Shown here: positions 57,152-64,000 of the stretch, in pieces
Numbering within the stretch: the stretch's first letter is position 1
Layout of the letters: every line of letters begins with the position of its first letter
DNA from: Bacteroidales bacterium
Lineage (GTDB): Bacteria; Bacteroidota; Bacteroidia; Bacteroidales; UBA10428
Direction: 5' to 3'
DNA: 64,000 nucleotides
Assembly: GCA_016935355.1 (NCBI GenBank)
Contig: JAFGRC010000158.1
Span: 796 to 64,795, forward strand
Made by a program: the position numbers and the translations under genes
Notes under the pieces: generated by a model
Seen by the model: the letters and a program-made list of their open reading frames with translations, nothing else
Databases searched by the model: none
What the model was told of the DNA's origin: nothing

Positions 57152-58330
57152 ATGAGGGTATTGATGGTTCTTGACCGGGAATTTCCTCCTGATCTTCGGG
57201 TGGAAAATGAAATTGGTACGCTCGCTAAAGCTGGTTATAAGATACATCTTGCCTGTTACACACGAAAAAACAGACCCGCATTTGAAAAATCAGGACATCT
57301 TTACATACACAGAAAATCCATATCGCCATTTATTTATAAATCAGGTATCGCTGTCCTTACGTTACCGTTTTATAAGAATTTCTGGATGAAATTCCTGCGA
57401 TCGATACTCAATCAACAACATTTTGACGCCATTCATATTCACGATTTACCTCTTGTTGGCATTGGCACCTTTTTGAAAAAAGAATTCTCTCTTTATTTAA
57501 TTGCAGATCTTCATGAAAACTGGCCGGCCTTCGTAAAGATTTCAAAACATACACGTACCCTGGCAGGCAGGTTGTTATCTCCGGTTTTACTCTGGCGCAG
57601 CCATGAAAAAAAAGTATTGCCGCAGGCAGATGCCATTATTGTTGTTGTTGATGAGGCAAAAGACCGGTTAATCAGACTGGGAATACCGCTACAACTGATC
57701 ACGGTCGTATCGAACACAATAAATTTAACAGAATTCGGGTTACCCGCAGACAAATCTGAACATAAAGAAATCCTGCTTTTTTATGCAGGTGGGATCAACC
57801 GTCACAGGGGACTTCAAAATGTGATCCATGCAATTCATCGTATGAAAGATCCGGGGCTCAGATTCTGGATTCTGGGCGAAGGCAGTTATCAACATAAATT
57901 GAATCAGCTTGTTGCAAAACTTTCATTGCAGAAAAATATCCTGTTTAAAGGATTTCATCCCTTTCAAAAGATGATGGAAATGCTTCAGGAAGCAGATTTT
58001 GCCATAATCCCCCATTTAAAAAATGAGCATACCGATTTCACGATACCCCATAAGCTTTTTCAATACATGTATTTGAAAAAACCCGTAATTGCAAGCGATT
58101 GCAATCCCGTTAAAAGAATTCTTGAAACAACAGGTTCGGGAATAATATATCCGTCAGATAATATCGGTCGTTTAACGAAAATACTTGACCAGATTGAAAC
58201 GATAAACCGCGAAGCTATGGGCGGAAATGGCAATAATGCCGTGATTGAAAAATATAACTGGAATCAGGATGGTACAATACTATTAAATTTGTATATGAAA
58301 ATCATACCGTTGAAAACAATAAACCCATAA
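57152..58330 (+). CDS. Glycosyltransferase family 4
   Basis: GT-B C-terminal domain with 'KLFQYMYLKKPVIASD'. It is contiguous with wecB (stop then ATG). Confidence 0.75.
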   Translation: MRVLMVLDREFPPDLRVENEIGTLAKAGYKIHLACYTRKNRPAFEKSGHLYIHRKSISPFIYKSGIAVLTLPFYKNFWMKFLRSILNQQHFDAIHIHDLPLVGIGTFLKKEFSLYLIADLHENWPAFVKISKHTRTLAGRLLSPVLLWRSHEKKVLPQADAIIVVVDEAKDRLIRLGIPLQLITVVSNTINLTEFGLPADKSEHKEILLFYAGGINRHRGLQNVIHAIHRMKDPGLRFWILGEGSYQHKLNQLVAKLSLQKNILFKGFHPFQKMMEMLQEADFAIIPHLKNEHTDFTIPHKLFQYMYLKKPVIASDCNPVKRILETTGSGIIYPSDNIGRLTKILDQIETINREAMGGNGNNAVIEKYNWNQDGTILLNLYMKIIPLKTINP

Positions 58331-58335
58331 TAAAT

Positions 58336-60465
58336 ATGCTGCAGGTATTAATCCGCAAAGGTAAAGTCAATACCGAAGAAGTCCCGGCACCTTCTGTTAG
58401 TGAAGGGAAAATACTGATCAGAGTAGTGTACAGTTGCATTTCTGCCGGTACAGAAATGGCAAATGTTGCCGCTACAGGCAAGTCCTTGGTCAGTACCATG
58501 CTAGAACAACCTGAAAAGATCAGAAAAATACTGGGTTTGATTAAATCAGAAGGATTGACCAGGCTTGTGGAACAATACAAATTCATAAAAAGATCCGGAC
58601 AGCCGACCGGATATTCCGTCAGTGGTATTGTAATAGGTGTGGGTGAAAACGCAAAAAATTTTGCCCCAGGTGATGCAGTTGCAGCTGCCGGCGGAGGATA
58701 TGCCTTTCATGCTGAATTCGTTGAGGTACCTGTTAACCTGGTGGTAAAAATCCCTTCCGGTCTTGATTTTAAATATGCTTCTACCGTTGCTATCGGCGCC
58801 ATTGCTTTGCATGGTGTCAGACGCGCTTCGCTGGAAATCGGGGAATACTGTACTGTTATGGGTACCGGCGTTTTGGGACTTATTGCAGTTCAGATACTCT
58901 GCAGGTCCGGAGTCAGGGTTATTGCTGCAGACATTGATCAGGACAGGTTGAAATTAGCCCGCACACTGGGTGCTGAGTATTGCATCAATCCGGTTTCGGA
59001 AGATCCGGTCAGGGCAGTGGAAAACATAACAGAAGGTAAGGGTTCTGATGCCGTCCTTTATGCTGCAGCATCTTCCGACAGTAAGATCCTTTCACAGGCA
59101 TTTCAAATGTGCAGGCGAAAAGGAAAAATGATTCTGATGGGCGTCTCAGGGATGGAAATTGACAGACGGGATATTTATTCCCGGGAAATTGATCTAAAGA
59201 TTTCTACCTCCTATGGTCCCGGTCGTTATGATAAAACCTATGAAGAAGATGGTATAGATTATCCTTATTCATATGTACGCTGGACCGAGGGCCGTAATTT
59301 CTCAGAATACCTGCGCCTGTTAAGCACCAGACAGGTAGATATCGGACCCATGATCGACAAGGTATTTCCTGTTGAACAGGCAGAAAAAGCTTTTGACTCG
59401 CTAAAGGACACCAAAAATAAACCAGTCATGGTAATTCTTGATTATGGATTGCCGGCTGACATCACCCATGTGCCTGTTAGCAGCAAGCTTATCTTGAATG
59501 CGGTAAGATCACATAAGAAAAACCTCATTAACGTAGGAATTATTGGCGTAGGAAATTTTGCCCAGTCAGTCCACCTTCCCAATTTAAAAAAACTGAATGA
59601 TAAATTTTTTATTTATGCGCTTGCCAGTCAATCCGGTGTTAAAGCCAGAAATGTTGGCAATTTCTATAATGCACAATATGTCACAACCAGCTACGATGAC
59701 ATTATTCTTGATGAAAACATCGATCTGGTCATGATTTGCACCCGGCATGGTAATCATGCATCACTTGTTTTAAAAGCGCTTCATGCAGGTAAACATGTTT
59801 TCACAGAAAAACCGCTGGCCACCAGTCTGGATAATTTAAATTTGTTGCAGGACTATTTCGCGACCCATTCCGAAAATGTTCCTCTTTTGATGGTAGGATT
59901 TAACCGACGATTCAGCCCCTATATTCAGGAGATCAAAAAACATACCGATGCACGCATCGGTCCTTTGTTCATTCATTACAGGATGAATGCCGGATTTCAG
60001 CCTGCTGATCACTGGACGCATCAGGATGGTGGCCGTATTGTTGGCGAAGCATGTCATATAATTGATCTTGTAAGTGCCCTGACAAACTGCAGTATTGTAG
60101 AATTTTCCGGAGAAAACATTGAAAGTCATAAAGGAAAATTTCTGTCAATGGACAATAAATCAATTTTACTGAAATATGAGGATGGTTCCCTGGCCACCAT
60201 TGAATATGCCAGTATGGGCAGTAAATCAATGGCAAAAGAATATATGGAAATTCATTTTGACGAGAAGTCAATTGTACTGGACAACTACAGGCAATTAAAA
60301 TCCTTTGGATTTACCATGCAAAATCTGACTTCAAAACAAAGCAATAAAGGACATCTGGAAGAATTGATCGTTCTGTATGACAGCCTTAAGGGCAGAACAA
60401 AGAAGTGGCCTGTTGACCTCAACTGTCTCATTGAAACAACTAAAACAGCTGTTAAATTAGCTTGA
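58336..60465 (+). CDS. Bi-domain oxidoreductase: zinc-type alcohol dehydrogenase-like N-half fused to a Gfo/Idh/MocA C-half
   Basis: MDR-like 'CISAGTE' and Rossmann 'VMGTGVLGLIAVQ'. Second Rossmann 'VGIIGVGNFAQSVHLPNL' and 'VFTEKPLA', typical of Gfo/Idh/MocA. Confidence 0.8.
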   Translation: MLQVLIRKGKVNTEEVPAPSVSEGKILIRVVYSCISAGTEMANVAATGKSLVSTMLEQPEKIRKILGLIKSEGLTRLVEQYKFIKRSGQPTGYSVSGIVIGVGENAKNFAPGDAVAAAGGGYAFHAEFVEVPVNLVVKIPSGLDFKYASTVAIGAIALHGVRRASLEIGEYCTVMGTGVLGLIAVQILCRSGVRVIAADIDQDRLKLARTLGAEYCINPVSEDPVRAVENITEGKGSDAVLYAAASSDSKILSQAFQMCRRKGKMILMGVSGMEIDRRDIYSREIDLKISTSYGPGRYDKTYEEDGIDYPYSYVRWTEGRNFSEYLRLLSTRQVDIGPMIDKVFPVEQAEKAFDSLKDTKNKPVMVILDYGLPADITHVPVSSKLILNAVRSHKKNLINVGIIGVGNFAQSVHLPNLKKLNDKFFIYALASQSGVKARNVGNFYNAQYVTTSYDDIILDENIDLVMICTRHGNHASLVLKALHAGKHVFTEKPLATSLDNLNLLQDYFATHSENVPLLMVGFNRRFSPYIQEIKKHTDARIGPLFIHYRMNAGFQPADHWTHQDGGRIVGEACHIIDLVSALTNCSIVEFSGENIESHKGKFLSMDNKSILLKYEDGSLATIEYASMGSKSMAKEYMEIHFDEKSIVLDNYRQLKSFGFTMQNLTSKQSNKGHLEELIVLYDSLKGRTKKWPVDLNCLIETTKTAVKLA

Positions 60466-60480
60466 AATCGTAATTTATCA

Positions 60481-61362
60481 ATGCATAAGGCTGCATTTGT
60501 CATATTGCACCATGAAACCATCTCAGATACAATTGAATGCATAGATTCTATTGTTTCGAAAATTGTATATCCTAACTGGCAGATCGTTGTCGTTGATAAC
60601 GGCTCTTCCAGCCATCCCCGGGAGATGCTTCAAAAAAGGTATTCCAACGATCCCCGGATTCATATCCTCATCAACAAGAAAAATCTTGGTTTTGCCCGGG
60701 GGAATAATACGGGTTACCATTATGCCAGGGAAATTCTCAAAGCTGATTTCATTATCATCATTAATAACGATACCATTTTGCAGCAGCGTGATTTTGTCAG
60801 TAAAATTTTAGCACGATACAAAGAAAGCAAGTATGACATACTGGGACCGGATATTATCTCAATAAAGAATGGTTCGCACCAAAATCCCAGAAAAGAAGTC
60901 CTGATCAACGCAAATGTTGTAAAAAGCTATATCCGGTATTTTAAAATATCTTTATGGTTGAACTACTTTTGCATTGACAATCTTGTGATCAGGATCAAGA
61001 AATTCTTTTTCCCGGCTTCCAGACTTCCGGTCGCAAACAAAGAGCATATCAATCCTGATAACTCAGAAATGGAACAGGTAAAACTGCATGGAAGTGCTAT
61101 GGTATTTTCTCCGGATTATCTTAAAAGATATGATTATGCTTTCTTTCCGGAAACATTTCTGTATTGCGAGGAATCCATTCTTTATTATATTGCACGCAGA
61201 GATGGACTTATTACAGTGTATTATCCCGGTGTACAGATATATCATAAAGAAGACGCAACCAGTGATTTTCTGACCAGGAAAGGCCTTCTAAGAAGACGTT
61301 TTATTTTAAGGCATAATATTCATTCACACAAGGTTTTTTTAAGAATATTAAAGGAAGAATGA
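60481..61362 (+). CDS. Glycosyltransferase family 2
   Basis: 'AAFVILHHET', 'VVVDNGSS', 'NLGFARGNN' and 'IIINNDT' (DxD-like). Confidence 0.85.
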   Translation: MHKAAFVILHHETISDTIECIDSIVSKIVYPNWQIVVVDNGSSSHPREMLQKRYSNDPRIHILINKKNLGFARGNNTGYHYAREILKADFIIIINNDTILQQRDFVSKILARYKESKYDILGPDIISIKNGSHQNPRKEVLINANVVKSYIRYFKISLWLNYFCIDNLVIRIKKFFFPASRLPVANKEHINPDNSEMEQVKLHGSAMVFSPDYLKRYDYAFFPETFLYCEESILYYIARRDGLITVYYPGVQIYHKEDATSDFLTRKGLLRRRFILRHNIHSHKVFLRILKEE

Positions 61363-61363
61363 A

Positions 61364-62323
61364 ATGACATGCAGGATTTGCAATAATGCAAAAGATAATA
61401 AAACGTATATCGGGCGGGAAATGTATTTTGGATTCAGGGACAAGTTTGAATATTTCCAATGTTCCGAATGCGGTTGCCTTCAAATCTCGGAAATTCCGGA
61501 AAATCTTTCCAAATATTATCCTGAGCATTACGATGCTTATAAACTGCAGGAAAAGATTCATGAATACAAATTAATCCGTTTTTTAAAAAAGAAAAAGCTT
61601 GAAGCCGCTTTCGGAATTAATAGAAATCTGTTCGGTACTGTGCTAAATCTGTTTATGAAGATGGGGTTTATTGAATATTTGATACCGGCCAATATCAATC
61701 TGCATTCCAAAATACTTGATGTGGGGACAGGTCATGGTTCAAGGCTTATTGGACTCAGAAATAAAGGTTTTACAGATCTTACCGGTATTGAACCATTCAT
61801 TAAGGAAGATATCAAGTATGATAATGGAGTGAAAATTTACAAAAAGCATATTTCTGAAGCAACAGGCCAGTATGATCTTGTAATGCTGAATCATTCATTT
61901 GAGCATATGCCGGATCCTCTGCAATCTTTAAAGGATGTATACCGCCTGTTAAAAAGCAATCGTATGGCACTTATCAGGATTCCTGTGGCTGATTCATATG
62001 CCTGGAAACATTACAGAACGAACTGGATCGCTATGGATCCGCCAAGGCACTTCTTCCTGCACACCAATAAAAGTATGAAAATCCTTTGTGAAAAGACAGG
62101 CTTTATAATATCTGATGTAATTTATGATTCAAAGGATTTTCAAATAGCCGCAAGTGAACAACTTAAAAGAGATATACCGCTTCAGGCACCAAATTCCTAT
62201 TATCGCAATCCAAAACTTTCAATTTTCTCAGGATCTGATCTTAAAAGGTTTAAAAAAATGGCTAAAAAGCTGAATGAGAACAAAAAAGGAGACACTGCCT
62301 GTTTTTATTTATATAAGAAATAA
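61364..62323 (+). CDS. Class I SAM-dependent methyltransferase with an N-terminal Cys4 zinc-ribbon
   Basis: 'CRICNN...CSECGC' zinc-ribbon. SAM motif I 'ILDVGTGHGS' and 'DLVMLNHSFEHMPDP'. Confidence 0.8.
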   Translation: MTCRICNNAKDNKTYIGREMYFGFRDKFEYFQCSECGCLQISEIPENLSKYYPEHYDAYKLQEKIHEYKLIRFLKKKKLEAAFGINRNLFGTVLNLFMKMGFIEYLIPANINLHSKILDVGTGHGSRLIGLRNKGFTDLTGIEPFIKEDIKYDNGVKIYKKHISEATGQYDLVMLNHSFEHMPDPLQSLKDVYRLLKSNRMALIRIPVADSYAWKHYRTNWIAMDPPRHFFLHTNKSMKILCEKTGFIISDVIYDSKDFQIAASEQLKRDIPLQAPNSYYRNPKLSIFSGSDLKRFKKMAKKLNENKKGDTACFYLYKK

Positions 62324-62331
62324 CTTGTTAT

Positions 62332-63540
62332 ATGCATTACAAAGCCCGGTCAGGTTTGTCAAACCTTGAAAAATGGATCTCGGAGAATGGCTATTCGGGT
62401 TATGATCCTTATGATGTTAAAGGCAATCCTTTTATCATTAAGCTAACCGGTTTGGGTAACCATAATGTCGCCGTTTCCATTTTCAGGGAAATTGTCTTTG
62501 AACTTTTCTATACCTTCCCTTCGTTGTCAAGAAAGATTTCAGGGATAAAACCGACCGTTAATGCCAAAGCAATGGGATTATTCGCTTCATCCTATTTGGA
62601 TCTTTATTTTCATAATAAGGACAGGCAGTATTATGATAAAGCACTGTATTGTCTGGACTGGCTGAAGAAGAACAACGCTCCGGATGTTCAGGGTTATGGC
62701 TGGGGTTATCCTTTCGACTGGCAATCACAGAGATTGATACCGGCCGGAACACCAAATGGTATTGTCACAACTGCAGTGGGTGATGCTTTCTGGAAACATT
62801 ATAAATTGTCTGGTGATAAAGAGTCCCTGGATTTTTGTACAGGAATATGCACTTTCTTATGTACACTTCCCGTTGATAAAATTAGCAGTGATCAGATCTG
62901 CTTCTCCTATACACCGCTTTTCATCAACCATGTTCACAATCTGAATTTATTTGTTGCAGAATTCCTGATAAAAACGGGCACGGAAATCCGCAATAATGAA
63001 TGGATGTCCATGGGCCATAAAGCTCTTCAATATACGATTTCAAATCAGCTGGAAAATGGAGCTTTTGATTATAATGGGCCCCCTGAAAAGCCTGCCGATC
63101 ATTTCGACAATTACCATACCGGATTTGTACTGCGAATGTTATATTCCATCTGGAAGCTTACTGGAAGAGAGGATGTTTTGGCTTCACTGACGAGATGTTA
63201 TCGACAATACACCTCTCATTTCTTTGAAGACAACAGGATACCCAAACTGATGCCTGATAAAAAGTACCGGATCGACATTCATTCATGTGCTGAAAGCATC
63301 AACTGCCTTTCCGTTTTGGGTAATGTTTTCCCTGAAGGTCTTGAGCTTGCGGAAAATATTCTTGAATGGACCGTCCACAATCTTCAGGATGAATCAGGTT
63401 ATTTTTATTATGGTATTGTAAAAAGCCGGTTCACAGGAACAACATTTAAATCGAAAATACCTTATATTCGCTGGGGTCAGGCCTGGATGTTTAGAGCACT
63501 AAGCAGTTACCTGATCTCATCCGATCAAAAAAAATCCTGA
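62332..63540 (+). CDS. Hypothetical protein, possibly (alpha/alpha)6-toroid polysaccharide-modifying enzyme
   Basis: 402 aa, Trp/Tyr-rich ('GYGWGYPFDWQS', 'YIRWGQAWMFRAL'). It is embedded in a polysaccharide locus. The fold assignment is a guess. Confidence 0.45.
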   Translation: MHYKARSGLSNLEKWISENGYSGYDPYDVKGNPFIIKLTGLGNHNVAVSIFREIVFELFYTFPSLSRKISGIKPTVNAKAMGLFASSYLDLYFHNKDRQYYDKALYCLDWLKKNNAPDVQGYGWGYPFDWQSQRLIPAGTPNGIVTTAVGDAFWKHYKLSGDKESLDFCTGICTFLCTLPVDKISSDQICFSYTPLFINHVHNLNLFVAEFLIKTGTEIRNNEWMSMGHKALQYTISNQLENGAFDYNGPPEKPADHFDNYHTGFVLRMLYSIWKLTGREDVLASLTRCYRQYTSHFFEDNRIPKLMPDKKYRIDIHSCAESINCLSVLGNVFPEGLELAENILEWTVHNLQDESGYFYYGIVKSRFTGTTFKSKIPYIRWGQAWMFRALSSYLISSDQKKS

Positions 63541-63541
63541 G

Positions 63542-64000
63542 ATGCTGGATGTACTCAGATCAACGTTAAAAAACACATTCATTTACAGTATCGGGACTTT
63601 CTCTTCGCGACTGGCCGGTTTTATTCTCATACCCCTTTATACGAGCCATTTTAGTGTTGACGAATACGGCGCGCTCGGCATTATGGAAATTTCAGCCCAG
63701 ATGCTGCTTTCCATGATGGGCTTCAGCCTTTATAATGCATTTTTCCGTTGGTATTGGGATAAGGATTACATAAACAAGCAAAAATCCATCCTGTTTACCA
63801 TTTTGGTTTTTCTTGTTTTTCAGTTGGGGTTGTTCCTGATTTTAGGCCTGTCGTTTCAACAGGAACTCTCTCAACTGCTTTTTGATTCCGCACAATCTTC
63901 CTACCTGATCAAACTGTTATTGCTCGTTTGCGGGTTTGAGACCATTGGAGTTCTAATTTCCACATTATTGAGACTAAAAGAAAAAGCTGTATTATATACA
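63542..64000 (+). CDS. Wzx-like oligosaccharide/polysaccharide flippase, 3' end cut by the window edge
   Basis: My own translation from ATG 63542 gives 'MLDVLRSTLKNTFIYSIGTFSSRLAGFILIPLYTSHFSVDEYGALGIMEIS...'. The frame is open to the window end and hydrophobic helices continue. It is not in the supplied track. Confidence 0.7.
   Translation, partial: MLDVLRSTLKNTFIYSIGTFSSRLAGFILIPLYTSHFSVDEYGALGIMEISAQMLLSMMGFSLYNAFFRWYWDKDYINKQKSILFTILVFLVFQLGLFLILGLSFQQELSQLLFDSAQSSYLIKLLLLVCGFETIGVLISTLLRLKEKAVLYT

Overview
This 64-kb segment looks like part of a Bacteroidota chromosome. The supporting signs are T9SS type-B C-terminal-domain cargo next to a PorP/SprF gene, a cytochrome-b558-type sdhCAB/frd operon, dnaE-trxA synteny, a TonB gene and a TAnnTTTG-like promoter box. 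I can support about 54 protein genes and one tRNA-Ala(GGC). I see no rRNA, CRISPR array, transposase or integrase. Most genes are housekeeping: purD, asd, dnaE, trxA, sdhCAB, nadB, glyQS, dusB, two M24 aminopeptidases and two L,D-transpeptidases. The 3' end (54.8-64 kb) is a surface-polysaccharide locus.

The main finding is a tightly packed same-strand cluster at 10.8-24.4 kb. It combines two CheR methyltransferases and a receiver-less CheB methylesterase with three membrane proteins that share an unusual GAF module. Two of these have a HAMP-like segment, GAF, coiled coil and PAS; one of the two ends in a PP2C/SpoIIE phosphatase. They are followed by a SiaB-like kinase, a SiaC-like DUF1987 protein and a TerB-ABC ATPase-permease fusion. 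No CheA, CheW, CheY, canonical MCP or diguanylate cyclase is present in the window. The two coiled coils carry the classical methylation-site pattern E-E-x-x-A-T. I interpret this, as inference only, as an undescribed methylation-adapted Ser/Thr partner-switch pathway.

Other observations:
- A (GGGTGT)n G-quadruplex-type hexanucleotide array lies directly against tRNA-Ala.
- Two genes 3 kb apart carry in-frame premature stops: hflX (TAG at a conserved Gln) and a TPR protein (TAA before an in-frame TM tail).
- DnaE carries an N-terminal DnaQ-like exonuclease fusion.
- A degenerate orphan SiaB-like paralog overlaps the end of sdhB.

All calls come from reading the translations and DNA by eye. 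No database search was run.
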